This document shows positions 29,426-39,136 of a stretch of 64,000 nt of DNA, piece by piece (positions within the stretch are counted from its first letter, which is position 1; every line of letters starts with the position of its first letter). Made by a program: the position numbers and the translations under genes. Location of the stretch: NCBI GenBank assembly GCA_037140515.1, contig JBAXEI010000004.1, forward strand, positions 8,453 through 72,452, given 5' to 3'. The stretch is from Candidatus Berkelbacteria bacterium. Its GTDB lineage: Bacteria; Patescibacteriota; UBA1384; XYA2-FULL-43-10; 1-14-0-10-43-13. Under the pieces are notes generated by a model. The model made no database searches. It was given only the letters and a program-made list of their open reading frames with translations, and had not been told where the DNA came from.

Positions 29426-30409
29426 TTAACCTTTCAAGTAATGAGTAGCCTCTTCTGGTGGCATAGTATTAATAATAACTTCGCTTCCAAGTTCAAATCC
29501 ACCATAGCGAGAAACTCGCGGAACAATTTCAAGGTGCCAGTGAAAAGAAGCCGAGGCTTCGATAATCGTTGGTAACGTATGAACAAAAAAGTTTAATGGT
29601 GGATTCTCAAGTGTCTTATCGATCATGCGCAGGACTTCCCAAAGCGCGTCCGAAAATTCCGTCATACTTTCTCTGGTTGTCAACTCAAACTGGCTCTCAT
29701 GTTTTTTCGGCAGAATCCACGTTTCGAAGGGGAATCTAGATGCATAAAAATTTATAGCAATAAATTTGTCATTTTCAAATACTATTCTAACCTTTTCCAT
29801 CTGTTCGTGCGCAATCATATCGCAATACACACAGTTACCCGCGACGCCGTAGTAAGTATCCGCGCCCTCAATCTCGCGTCCGACAGTATTAGAAACAATA
29901 CCAGAGGCAAAAATCTGAGCATGAGGGTGGTCGATAGAAGCACCCGCCTCAGCACCGTGATTGTATATTGGCATGATTGAAACTACCTTTTCGTGCTCTT
30001 TCATCCAGATATAGCGGCTGCGAATCACTTCCATCATTTCGTTCAAAATAAGTTTTGGGATCTTGAATAATGGCGTGTCGTGATCTTCCACAACAATAAC
30101 TTCATGGTCTCCGACAGAGGCTCTGGCACGATAAAAGCCACTCTCAGGATAAAAACTTCTGACGCTCTTCTCTGTGTCATCCATGACAAAAGCTGGATAT
30201 CTGTTTTCGATCACATAGACATGAGGCGCCGTATGCATACGAATTTTCTCGTTTGCTTTGTAGCCATCTGTCCCAACACAGAATGGACATTTGGATTTAT
30301 CCGCAATCTTAACACTTTTTGGAATTACGAAATCGCGAGGACGCTTTGCACGCTCAGGCGCAACGACGACCCAGTCGCCAGTGATAATATTTTGTCTTAA
30401 CTCAGGCAT
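29426..30409 (-). CDS. galT: GalT-like hexose-1-phosphate nucleotidylyltransferase
   Basis: MPELRQ-ITG-WV, RAKRP, CPFC, GASIDHPHAQI, HWHLEIVPR, GGFELG; specificity uncertain. Confidence 0.88.
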   Translation of the reverse strand: MPELRQNIITGDWVVVAPERAKRPRDFVIPKSVKIADKSKCPFCVGTDGYKANEKIRMHTAPHVYVIENRYPAFVMDDTEKSVRSFYPESGFYRARASVGDHEVIVVEDHDTPLFKIPKLILNEMMEVIRSRYIWMKEHEKVVSIMPIYNHGAEAGASIDHPHAQIFASGIVSNTVGREIEGADTYYGVAGNCVYCDMIAHEQMEKVRIVFENDKFIAINFYASRFPFETWILPKKHESQFELTTRESMTEFSDALWEVLRMIDKTLENPPLNFFVHTLPTIIEASASFHWHLEIVPRVSRYGGFELGSEVIINTMPPEEATHYLKG

Positions 30410-30419
30410 AACCCCTCCG

Positions 30420-30538
30420 TTCAAATTTTGTAATTTAGTAATTGCGAAATTTATTCATTTATTGATAAATTTTATAATTGCTAAATTAATTAAATAAATA
30501 TTAAAATTTCAAATTGTAAAAATAATTAAATTTCAAAA
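30420..30538. other. Extremely AT-rich tract with short AAATTTCAAA/TAATT repeats at the sugar-island border
   Basis: Read directly; very few G/C bases. Confidence 0.7.
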
Positions 30539-31030
30539 TTATTGTAATTTTGAATTTGTTTGTCCATGGCAGATTGCAATCGCAATCGCGTCTGCGGCGT
30601 CATCTGGCTGTGGGCATTCTTTTAGCCCACAGATCACGCGAACCATTTCCTGCATCTGTTTCTTGTCGGCACGGCCGTATCCAGTCAGCGCTTGCTTGAT
30701 CTGAAGTGGCGTGTACTCGAAGACAGGAATGTCGAATTGTAATGCCGCGACAATCGCTACGCCTCTCGCCTCAGCGACCGAAATCACTGTGGTCTGGTTC
30801 TTGAAAAAGAATAGCTCTTCAATAGCTACCTCATCTGGTTTGTTCTTCTCTATTATATCAGAAAGCGAACGAAAAATGTGAATAAGCCGATCCATCTTGG
30901 GATGGTTTGCCGGCGTCCTGACACAGCCATATTTCAGTGGCGTGACCTTCTGCCCATTTACTTCGATCAGGCCCCAGCCAAGAATGCCAGTGCCCGGATC
31001 AATTCCCAGAATTCTTCTAGCCATAAGCAT
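30539..31030 (-). CDS. ruvC: Holliday junction resolvase RuvC
   Basis: ILGIDPG, AIEELFF, EYTPLQIK, GYGRADKKQ, PDDAADA. Confidence 0.97.
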   Translation of the reverse strand: MLMARRILGIDPGTGILGWGLIEVNGQKVTPLKYGCVRTPANHPKMDRLIHIFRSLSDIIEKNKPDEVAIEELFFFKNQTTVISVAEARGVAIVAALQFDIPVFEYTPLQIKQALTGYGRADKKQMQEMVRVICGLKECPQPDDAADAIAIAICHGQTNSKLQ

Positions 31031-31043
31031 TAACTCCGATAAT

Positions 31044-31109
31044 TGTCATTCCCGACCCGATCGGGAATCTATATATTCCGCCTGGATCCCAGCCTTCGCT
31101 GGGATCCAG
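31044..31109. repeat. REP-like double-hairpin element, copy 1
   Basis: TGTCATTCCCGA-cccga-TCGGGAATC ... TGGATCCCAGC-cttc-GCTGGGATCCA. Confidence 0.85.
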
Positions 31110-31124
31110 AATAGGCCATATTTG

Positions 31125-31856
31125 CTACAAATTTGCGTTTGAGTACACATTATTCACATCATCAAGATCGTCGATCAAATCAATTATCGTTTCGATCTGC
31201 GCAACCTTGTCGGCTGGCACATCGTTATAGACCATAGCTTGATGAACAATCTCAGCACTATCGATTTTGATGCCAGCGGCCTCGAGATTTGTCTTTACTT
31301 TATTTAGCTCTGTAAAGCCACAAGTAACGATGATCAGCCCATCTTCAATAGAAAAATCATCAGCACCAGACTCGATAATTGCCATTTCCATCTCTTCGCC
31401 CTTGAGCGTATTCTTGGCCTGTTCGATAAGCAGCTGACCAACTTTTTTGAACAAATAATTCACGCTGTTGCTAGAGGCAAGCGTTCCACCTTTTTTGTTC
31501 AAGATCGCGCGAATTTCGCCGATCGCTCGATTCTTGTTGTCCGTCAGACACTCGATGAGTATCGCCGTGCCACCTGGGGCGTATGCTTCGTAGATGACTT
31601 CCTCTAGCATCGCGCCGCCTTCTGCGCCGCCAAGACCTTTTTTGATCGCACGATCAATATTTTCCTTTGGCATGCTCGCGGCCTTCGCATTATCAACTGC
31701 AAGACGCAGCCCTGGATTCATCATGACGTCGCCGCTCTTACCATCCCTGGCTGCGATTGTGATCAGCTTAGCTGCCTTAGTGAAGAGCTTTGCGCGCTTC
31801 GCATCAATCCCCGCTTTTTTTCTCTTAGTGGTCGCCCATTTGCTATGTCCGGACAT
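31125..31856 (-). CDS. yebC: YebC/PmpR family protein
   Basis: MSGHSKWATTKRKK, NPGLRLA, MPKENIDRAI, YEAYAPGG, TDNKNR, DDVNNVYSN. Confidence 0.97.
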   Translation of the reverse strand: MSGHSKWATTKRKKAGIDAKRAKLFTKAAKLITIAARDGKSGDVMMNPGLRLAVDNAKAASMPKENIDRAIKKGLGGAEGGAMLEEVIYEAYAPGGTAILIECLTDNKNRAIGEIRAILNKKGGTLASSNSVNYLFKKVGQLLIEQAKNTLKGEEMEMAIIESGADDFSIEDGLIIVTCGFTELNKVKTNLEAAGIKIDSAEIVHQAMVYNDVPADKVAQIETIIDLIDDLDDVNNVYSNANL

Positions 31857-31944
31857 GTTGCTCCTTACAATTTAGAATTTTTCTTTTTAGGATTACTCTT
31901 TTTATATCAAACAAATGCGACAAAAGCGAGGAATGGAATAAATC

Positions 31945-32033
31945 TGTCATTCCGGACTCGATCCGGAATCCAGAATACAATTTGAAGGAAAGCTTCCTGG
32001 ATTCCACCTCTCAAGCTTACAGGCTGGAATGAC
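31945..32033. repeat. REP-like double-hairpin element, copy 2
   Basis: TGTCATTCCGGA-ctcga-TCCGGAATCCAGAATACAATT...GCTTCCTGGATTCCA-(18 nt)-TGGAATGAC. Confidence 0.85.
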
Positions 32034-32041
32034 GTGCTAAA

Positions 32042-32920
32042 TTATTCTGGGAAAACACCATCCTTATTCAATATAAATCTGACAGTGCCATTTTGATCAG
32101 TCCGATGAATAATCAGGCCATATTCTTTTAATAATGTTAGTGCCGCCTCATGCGGATGACCAAACTGATTATTGAGCCCGACGGAGATGACTGCATGGAT
32201 TGCTTTCACATTTTCCAGCAAATTTTCACCTGTGCCGTTTTCCGAGCCATGGTGCGCGACTTTCAGAATCTGCGCCTGCAACTCACTTAGTTTGTTTTCC
32301 TTCATATAATATGCAATCATCTCCTCTCGTTCGCCGACCTCCATATCGCCGGTAAATAAAGCACAGCTATCGAAGGTACAGAATCGAAATACTTCAGAAG
32401 AATTATTCAGATTATCGATCTCTTTCGACAAATAAGTGTCTCCAGGCCACAAGAAATCAATTTTGCCGTCCGCAAAAGGTGCAATCTCATCACCGACTTT
32501 TGGCACCTTGAAAGGAATCTTCTTATTCTTAGTCTTAGTCTTAATTTTATCCAAAAATTCTAAATACAAGCTCGAAGTTGAGACAACGCCAGTCGAGATC
32601 ACCTCGCCGACTTCATAGCGCTCCAATACCTGGTTCAATCCTGTAATATGATCAGCGTGTGGATGGGTTAGAATCATGTGCTCGATCTTGCGATCGCCTG
32701 CTGGCATCACACTACCAAGCTCGGCCAAAACTTTGTCATCTGGACCACCATCTATCAAAATTTGCTGATCTCCCTCCTGGATTAAGGCTGCATCACCCTG
32801 CCCAACATCAAAAAAGTAAATCTGAACTCCAGCAATTGCTGGCTTCTTGGAAATTTCGGTAAATATTAAGACGCAACAAACTAACAAAAAAACCAAAATA
32901 AACTGCGTCAGCTTCTTCAT
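32042..32920 (-). CDS. Stand-alone ComEC-type metallo-beta-lactamase nuclease domain
   Basis: FDVGQGDA, THPHADH, NNSS, LFTGD, KVAHHGS, FGHPH, RTD-NG; start re-set to MKKLT. Confidence 0.92.
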   Translation of the reverse strand: MKKLTQFILVFLLVCCVLIFTEISKKPAIAGVQIYFFDVGQGDAALIQEGDQQILIDGGPDDKVLAELGSVMPAGDRKIEHMILTHPHADHITGLNQVLERYEVGEVISTGVVSTSSLYLEFLDKIKTKTKNKKIPFKVPKVGDEIAPFADGKIDFLWPGDTYLSKEIDNLNNSSEVFRFCTFDSCALFTGDMEVGEREEMIAYYMKENKLSELQAQILKVAHHGSENGTGENLLENVKAIHAVISVGLNNQFGHPHEAALTLLKEYGLIIHRTDQNGTVRFILNKDGVFPE

Positions 32921-34362
32921 TTGACCACCTGATAAAAGGCCATCGGCAAACGAGCCAGCCAATTTACGATGACGATGATGTACTCGAGAAATGGCCAGAG
33001 CAGAAGTGCGGCAATCTTACCAAGTGGATAATAAATCATCGAAGAAACGCCGACCCAAAATGTCATAATCATTGCATATGGGACGATGAAAACCACGAGC
33101 AGGTTCGCCGCTGGCGAGATGAAGGAAACAGTGCCAAATTGTAATAATATGAGGGGAGCGACGGCCAGCTGAGCTCCAAGCGTCTCGGCCAAGCTGTGCT
33201 TCCAGAAATCTGAGATAACTCTGTGACCATCGAATTTGTCGATAATTTTCTCAAAAATTGGTGAAAAGTAAATCAGACCCGCGAAAGCCAGAAACGAAAG
33301 CTGGAAGCCAAGATCTGAGCGAATGATAAACGGATTCGCAAGCACCATCGCGACAGCCGCCACCAACATCAAGTTGGTCTGATCCCCTCTTCGCCCGATC
33401 GTCTTGCCAAAAATCAGCATCATTGAGAAAATCGCCGCCCGAACCACACTCGAGCAAGCACCAGTCATGACAACAAATGCCAAGATAAATAGAAGTCCGA
33501 GCCAAAAAGACCTCTTCTTTCCCAAGTAAACGCAGACCAGATTCATGAAAATGGCGATGATGATCGTCACATTGAAGCCCGAGAGCGCAATGATATGAGT
33601 GAGACCAGTTTTTTGCAACGAAGACATGAAATCGTCAGAGATATTTCGCTTGATGCCGAGCAAGATTCCTGCCGCGAGTGACGCTTGCGGCTCAGGAATT
33701 ACTCTGTTTAATGCCTGCTCGAAATATGTCGAGGTTTCATACAAGGCTTCGGCAATTTTCCAGCCGAAGCCAGAGTTTGCGGCCACAAATGTGACGTTTG
33801 CGGGATTACGCACCGTGCCTGTGACCAGCTTCCCCTTAAGATAGCCGGCGTAGTCGAAGCCATCGAGAATCACGGGCTGCTCGACCACGGCGGTGATTTC
33901 CAATTTCTCGCCAAAATGGTATTGTGGAAACCTTGGCAAAGTCACAAGCAGCTTTGCTGATTGATTTCGCTGGGTCGTAGCATTGAAAATTTCTGTCTCG
34001 AAAACGAGCTTTTGCTGTTTGTAATCAATCTCGGGCTTCGTGACGATTCGTCCAGTAAATGTGATTTCGCCATTACTTGTACAGGGCGGAAAACCTTGAT
34101 CAAAATGAGCGTAGTACGCCATCGCTCCAAGCAAAATAACTAGTCCTAGAGAGAACAAAGCGATAAATTTGTTCTTTAGTAAAAAATTGATAAAAGCGAC
34201 CAGAATGAGACCAACCGCCCCAAATACGAAGATTGGCCAAGAGGCCACGAGATCAATATTTACGAACGAGGCGAGAAGTGTGCCTGATAAGAAAAGACAT
34301 GAGATCAGGGTGAAGATCCGAAATGGAAAATAAAGATTTTTCCAGCTTAATCTCTTGAACAT
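32917..34362 (-). CDS. comEC: ComEC/Rec2 DNA-uptake channel (OB plus competence domain)
   Basis: GL-HIIALSGFNV, SVVRAAI, DLGFQLSF. Confidence 0.94.
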   Translation of the reverse strand: MFKRLSWKNLYFPFRIFTLISCLFLSGTLLASFVNIDLVASWPIFVFGAVGLILVAFINFLLKNKFIALFSLGLVILLGAMAYYAHFDQGFPPCTSNGEITFTGRIVTKPEIDYKQQKLVFETEIFNATTQRNQSAKLLVTLPRFPQYHFGEKLEITAVVEQPVILDGFDYAGYLKGKLVTGTVRNPANVTFVAANSGFGWKIAEALYETSTYFEQALNRVIPEPQASLAAGILLGIKRNISDDFMSSLQKTGLTHIIALSGFNVTIIIAIFMNLVCVYLGKKRSFWLGLLFILAFVVMTGACSSVVRAAIFSMMLIFGKTIGRRGDQTNLMLVAAVAMVLANPFIIRSDLGFQLSFLAFAGLIYFSPIFEKIIDKFDGHRVISDFWKHSLAETLGAQLAVAPLILLQFGTVSFISPAANLLVVFIVPYAMIMTFWVGVSSMIYYPLGKIAALLLWPFLEYIIVIVNWLARLPMAFYQVVK

Positions 34363-34428
34363 AATTTCTCGAAATGTTATTTAAGGTTATAATAACATAA
34401 ACAATAGAATTCATAACAAAGGAATAAA

Positions 34429-34944
34429 ATGAAAAACAATACCGAAGAGCAAGTACAGCCTGAGCCAAAGAAGAAAAATGTAAAAATTGATCCGAAATAT
34501 GTTGCCGAGCTGGAACAAAAAGTCAGCGAGCTATCTTCTGGCTGGCTTCGAACCCAAGCCGATTTTCAAAACTTCCGTCGGCAAACCGAGGAAGACCGAA
34601 AGAAGCTCATCAAGATGGCGAGTAACGATCTCATGATGGAGATCTTGCCTGTGCTGGATAACTTTCAGCTTGCAGCCAAGCACGTCCCAGCTGAACTTGA
34701 GAGTAACAATTGGACACAGGGCATCAAACAAATCGAAAAACAACTTGAAAATATACTAGAGAGCGAAGGTCTGACACGAATTCAAACTGTTGGCGCAGAG
34801 TTCAGCCCACACTTCCACGAAGCAATCGAACACGTCTCTTCAGATCAGCCAGAGGGCACAATCACGGAAGAAATTTCAGCTGGCTATGAATTTGACGGCA
34901 ATGTCATCCGCCCAGCTAAGGTCAAAGTCTCAAGCGGAAAATAG
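34429..34944 (+). CDS. grpE: Nucleotide exchange factor GrpE
   Basis: RTQADFQNFRR, LPVLDNF, F-PHFHEA, GY...VIRPAKVKV. Confidence 0.96.
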   Translation: MKNNTEEQVQPEPKKKNVKIDPKYVAELEQKVSELSSGWLRTQADFQNFRRQTEEDRKKLIKMASNDLMMEILPVLDNFQLAAKHVPAELESNNWTQGIKQIEKQLENILESEGLTRIQTVGAEFSPHFHEAIEHVSSDQPEGTITEEISAGYEFDGNVIRPAKVKVSSGK

Positions 34945-34965
34945 ATTTTTGGCATAATTAAAACA

Positions 34966-34985
34966 GACCGCCCATTCGGGCGGTC
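34966..34985. terminator. GC-rich hairpin between convergent genes
   Basis: GACCGCCC-attc-GGGCGGTC. Confidence 0.65.
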
Positions 34986-34997
34986 CGTCGATACATA

Positions 34998-35348
34998 TTA
35001 CTTAATTTGTCCAATGGCCTTAGCTTGCTCTATGACTTCCTTGGCAAATTCTTCAGGGAATATTGCCGAAGCGATTCCACCAATTAGACTGCTCAACACC
35101 GCGTATGCTACTGGGCGGCAGCCAACGTATTGACTTTGGATTGGCTTACCGTCGACATCACTTATACCCGTCTCCATATCATGAAGTGTCGTGGCGTAAG
35201 TCATTACAAATCCTATCGGGTATAGCTCAGGATTCAGCCGATCAGCCAGTAGTCTACCAAAATCATAGAGGATCTCCTCTTGATTAGGTATGTATTGGGC
35301 AAGGTTACGAAGCTTCTGCTTAGCTTCATCTGTCGAAATCAGTATCAT
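34998..35348 (-). CDS. Hypothetical protein
   Basis: 116 aa, AAGGAGG RBS and its own promoter. Confidence 0.75.
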   Translation of the reverse strand: MILISTDEAKQKLRNLAQYIPNQEEILYDFGRLLADRLNPELYPIGFVMTYATTLHDMETGISDVDGKPIQSQYVGCRPVAYAVLSSLIGGIASAIFPEEFAKEVIEQAKAIGQIK

Positions 35349-35391
35349 GATAATCCTCCTTAGGGATAACCATATGGTTCAGAATATATTT

Positions 35392-35420
35392 ATATTACCA
35401 CATTTTGTAACGTCTGTCAA
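35392..35420 (-). promoter_or_regulatory. Sigma70 promoter of the 116-aa gene
   Basis: TTGACA-17 nt-TAATAT with a TG extended -10. Confidence 0.6.
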
Positions 35421-35458
35421 TATTAGAACGATATTTTTCACTGTATTAAGCATAGGTC

Positions 35459-35488
35459 TTGACAAAATGTAAAGTCTGCTTTACATTT
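35459..35488 (+). promoter_or_regulatory. dnaK promoter with overlapping palindromic operator candidate
   Basis: TTGACA-17 nt-TACATT; perfect inverted repeat AAATGTAAAG-tctg-CTTTACATTT at 35465..35488. Confidence 0.7.
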
Positions 35489-35502
35489 AGTATATATTGG
35501 AT

Positions 35503-35548
35503 TGGAGCAAAAGGTCGTTGCACCCCCTCCGCACCGACTTCTGCTCCA
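35503..35548 (+). promoter_or_regulatory. dnaK 5'UTR hairpin with C-rich loop
   Basis: TGGAGCA/TGCTCCA, AAGGTCG/CGACTT and TGC/GCA stems; loop ACCCCCTCC. Confidence 0.55.
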
Positions 35549-35591
35549 CCGATATACAACATTTTATAAACAATTAGTTAGAAGGAGTATT

Positions 35592-37472
35592 ATGGGAAAA
35601 ATCATTGGGATTGACCTCGGTACAACAAATTCCGCTGTCGCTATCATGGAAGGTGGCGAAGCAAAAATCATCGCCTCATCAGAGGGCGGTAGAACTGTTC
35701 CATCTATTGTCACAGAGACCAAAAAAGGCGATCGCCTTGTCGGTCAGCTTGCCAAGAGACAGGCAGTTACAAACGCTGAAAATACTATTTTTTCAGTCAA
35801 ACGTTTCATCGGCCGAAGCTTCGACGATGCAGACGCTCAGGCAGATTTGAAGAAAATGCCTTATGGCAGCAAAAAAGCTTCTGACGGCTCGATCCGTGTA
35901 GTTATGAATACGAAGGATTATAGCCCACAGGAAATCTCAGCTTTCATCTTGCAAAAGCTAAAAGCTGACGCTGAGACCTATCTTGGCGAGACAGTTACCG
36001 AAGCTGTAATCACTGTTCCTGCTTATTTCAACGATGCACAGCGTCAAGCAACAAAAGATGCTGGTAAAATCGCTGGCCTAGAAGTAAAAAGAATCATCAA
36101 CGAGCCAACGGCTGCAGCTCTTGCATATGGCTTGGACAAAAAGAAAAATGAAAAAATCGCTGTTTACGACCTTGGTGGTGGTACATTTGATATCACAATC
36201 TTGGAGCTTGGCGATGGCGTATTTGAAGTAAAAGCAACCAACGGTGATACTCACCTTGGTGGTGACGACTTCGACCAGATCATCATGGACTTCATCATTG
36301 ATGAGTTCAAGAAAGATCAGGGAATCGATCTTCACACTGACAAAGCGGCAATTCAGAGAGTCAAGGAAGCGGCCGAAAAAGCCAAAATCGAGCTCTCAAC
36401 AGCTGTTGAGTCCGAGATCAATCTACCATTTGTCACTGCCGACGCTTCAGGGCCTAAGCATTTGCAAATGACGATTTCTCGCTCCCAGATGGAGAAAATG
36501 ATCGCGGCTCTAGTAGAAAAAACTCTAAAGCCATGCGAAAAAGTACTCAAAGACGCGAAGATGACGATCAAAGACATTGACGAAGTCATCCTAGTCGGTG
36601 GTATGACTCGTATGCCAGTCGTTCGAGAAGCGGTCAAGAAATTCTTCGACAAAGAGCCAAATCACTCTGTAAATCCTGACGAAGCTGTCGCTATCGGCGC
36701 TGCTGTTCAGGGCGGTGTGCTTACTGGTGAGGTCAAAGACCTTCTTCTGCTCGACGTGACTCCACTTTCTCTCGGTATCGAGACTTTGGGCGGCGTTTCG
36801 ACTAAATTGATCGAGAGAAACACAACCGTTCCAACTTCAAAATCACAAATTTTCTCTACAGCAGCTGACAATCAGACTTCTGTTGAGATCCACGTTTTGC
36901 AGGGCGAGCGCGAATTTGCTGCTGACAACAAAACTCTAGGCAGATTTATCCTAGATGGTATGCCACCAGCACCTCGCGGCGTTCCACAGGTTGAAGTCAC
37001 ATTTGATATCGATGCCAACGGCATTGTAAATGTAAAGGCGACAGACAAAGCTTCTGGCAAAGAGCAACGAATCACGATCACTAGCTCATCTGGGCTTAGT
37101 GAGCAGGAAATCGAGCGAATGCGCAAGGAAGCCGAAGAGCACGCTGACGACGACAAGAAGAAAAAAGAAATCATCGAAGCTAGAAATATGGCTGACAGCC
37201 TCATTTACACTGCTGAGAAATCAATCAAGGATGCTGGCGACAAAGTCGACACAAACTTGAAATCAGATGTAGAAGAAAAAATCAAAACGCTTAAGGATGT
37301 GAAGGACACTGACAACGCTGAGGAGATCAAGACTCAGACGGAAGCTCTAAGCACTTCCCTGCAGGAACTTGGCAAGAAGATGTACGAACAAGCTGCCAAA
37401 GAACAGCCAAAAGAGGAAGCTAAGGAAGACGAAAAAAAAGATACAGAAGAGCCAAAAGAAGAGACTAAATAA
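35592..37472 (+). CDS. dnaK: Chaperone DnaK
   Basis: [36 protein letters not shown]; AAGGAG RBS before ATG 35592. Confidence 0.99.
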   Translation: MGKIIGIDLGTTNSAVAIMEGGEAKIIASSEGGRTVPSIVTETKKGDRLVGQLAKRQAVTNAENTIFSVKRFIGRSFDDADAQADLKKMPYGSKKASDGSIRVVMNTKDYSPQEISAFILQKLKADAETYLGETVTEAVITVPAYFNDAQRQATKDAGKIAGLEVKRIINEPTAAALAYGLDKKKNEKIAVYDLGGGTFDITILELGDGVFEVKATNGDTHLGGDDFDQIIMDFIIDEFKKDQGIDLHTDKAAIQRVKEAAEKAKIELSTAVESEINLPFVTADASGPKHLQMTISRSQMEKMIAALVEKTLKPCEKVLKDAKMTIKDIDEVILVGGMTRMPVVREAVKKFFDKEPNHSVNPDEAVAIGAAVQGGVLTGEVKDLLLLDVTPLSLGIETLGGVSTKLIERNTTVPTSKSQIFSTAADNQTSVEIHVLQGEREFAADNKTLGRFILDGMPPAPRGVPQVEVTFDIDANGIVNVKATDKASGKEQRITITSSSGLSEQEIERMRKEAEEHADDDKKKKEIIEARNMADSLIYTAEKSIKDAGDKVDTNLKSDVEEKIKTLKDVKDTDNAEEIKTQTEALSTSLQELGKKMYEQAAKEQPKEEAKEDEKKDTEEPKEETK

Positions 37473-37489
37473 ATTCTAACGGCGAAAGA

Positions 37490-37521
37490 TTATGGGCAAG
37501 GCAACGCTGCCTTGCCCATAA
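37490..37521 (+). terminator. Perfect 14-bp hairpin after dnaK
   Basis: TTATGGGCAAGGCA-acgc-TGCCTTGCCCATAA. Confidence 0.75.
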
Positions 37522-37617
37522 CTTATTTACTTCAGTTCCGACATAGCGTAAAATTTAATTGTAAATAGATAGCTATTTCAATTAAAAGGAGGGCTCCAGC
37601 ACACTGGGGTTAAATAT

Positions 37618-38274
37618 ATGAATTTTTTTAAACAACCGATTTTTTTGGGCATCTTAGCTGTCGCTCTGGTAATCACGATAATATGGAGCTTCATTGCAAA
37701 CAAAAACTCCGCCTCAAGCACTACTACTCAACAAACAACAACGGGTAGCACGGTCCAAGCAACAACTTCAGACCTAACAAATGCAACACCAAGTGATTTC
37801 GACAATACGGTCAAAGATGAGGTGACTGCTGCGACAAAGTTTGCTCTAGAGTTTAATCCTGAATTCAAGCTTTCGGTAATAGAAGTGGTAATCGGCAGTA
37901 ATTTACAACAAAGCTCTATCGTCACCCGATATGCCTTCTCGACAACAAAGGATGTGAGAAACAACTGGGTGTATACGACCAACCAAAGCGATGGCTCATT
38001 TATCCGAGCACTAATCCCAAAAGCTGATTATCTCGGCGATATCGTCCCTATCAACGCTAGCCTCTGGAAGTACAATTACATTTCAGCGCTACAACAAGCC
38101 GAAAAAAGCGGCGGCTCAGATTGGAGAAGTAAGAATACCCTGCTAGACGTAACCCTTACGCTAAAAGAATCAGCTGATTTGAAAAAGCTTTATTGGACAA
38201 TTTCATACAGAAGTGCTGACAGCACGGATACTATAGTGATAGACGCAACAACGCTAGAGGTCTCTCAGCAATAA
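37618..38274 (+). CDS. Hypothetical membrane-anchored extracytoplasmic protein
   Basis: N-terminal TM, S/T/Q linker, PepSY-like end (YWTISY...IDATT). Confidence 0.75.
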   Translation: MNFFKQPIFLGILAVALVITIIWSFIANKNSASSTTTQQTTTGSTVQATTSDLTNATPSDFDNTVKDEVTAATKFALEFNPEFKLSVIEVVIGSNLQQSSIVTRYAFSTTKDVRNNWVYTTNQSDGSFIRALIPKADYLGDIVPINASLWKYNYISALQQAEKSGGSDWRSKNTLLDVTLTLKESADLKKLYWTISYRSADSTDTIVIDATTLEVSQQ

Positions 38275-38351
38275 ATATATACTTGCAAGCAGATATAAAC
38301 TCAGGTAATGTAATCTAGGACTAAACAATTGGACTAGTTATAACTTTTATT

Positions 38352-38987
38352 ATGGCAACAGATCACTACAAAACATTGGGCGTTTCAAAAAACGCTACTG
38401 CAGAAGAAATAAAAAAGGCTTATCGCAAGCTTGCTTTGAAGTATCACCCAGACCGTGGTGGCGACAAAGAAACTGAAAAAAAGTTTAAAGATGCAAATGA
38501 AGCTTACCAAATACTCTCTGACCCAGAAAAACGTCAAATGTACGATCAATACGGCGACTCACCTTTTGCAAATGGCGGACAGGGACAAAGCCGAGGTGGT
38601 GATCCTTTTGGTGGATTTCAAGGCGACTTTTCTGGCTTTGGTTTTGGCGGCGGTGGACTTGGAGATATTTTTGAAGAATTTTTTGGCTCTGCTATGTCTC
38701 AAATCCAAGCCGAAATTGGTATCTCCCCTGCCCAAGCCGTGCTTGGCGATACAATCTCAATAAATGTAAACAGGGAAAAAGTAGAATTTGCTCTCCCAGC
38801 TGGCACTCAAGCAGGTACCTCATTTCGCTTCACTGGCAAAGGCAAAGTTTATCGTGGAAACCAAAGAGGCGACCTGATCCTCACAATAAAAATTGAAATG
38901 CCACGACATATAAATGCCGAACAAAAAGAACTCTGGCAGAAGCTCAAAGAATCAGAACAACAAAAGAAGAAGTGGTGGGGCGCTTAA
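38352..38987 (+). CDS. dnaJ: Short DnaJ (J-domain, G/F region, one C-terminal domain, no zinc finger)
   Basis: [38 protein letters not shown]. Confidence 0.9.
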   Translation: MATDHYKTLGVSKNATAEEIKKAYRKLALKYHPDRGGDKETEKKFKDANEAYQILSDPEKRQMYDQYGDSPFANGGQGQSRGGDPFGGFQGDFSGFGFGGGGLGDIFEEFFGSAMSQIQAEIGISPAQAVLGDTISINVNREKVEFALPAGTQAGTSFRFTGKGKVYRGNQRGDLILTIKIEMPRHINAEQKELWQKLKESEQQKKKWWGA

Positions 38988-38992
38988 TATAG

Positions 38993-39024
38993 AAAAAAGA
39001 CTCTGAAAAACAGGGTCTTTTTTT
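38993..39024 (+). terminator. Intrinsic terminator
   Basis: AAAAAAGACTCTG-aaaaa-CAGGGTCTTTTTTT. Confidence 0.8.
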
Positions 39025-39136
39025 GACAGATATTTTGGGTAAATTTATTGACTTATTTTTCGCTTTGACCGATAATGATAAGAAGGAATAGTTAGTCCCA
39101 GTTTTGTAATTACGAACCTATGGAGGGGTTTAGATA

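Noticed and set aside
32042-34362. Split comEC as a frameshifted pseudogene
   Set aside because: Both parts have intact motifs, the second has its own TM start and a 4-bp overlap, and split ComEC is a known arrangement.
35502-35591. 30-aa N-terminal extension of DnaK from a TTG start
   Set aside because: The canonical [10 protein letters not shown] start has a good RBS; the upstream part is better explained as a structured UTR.
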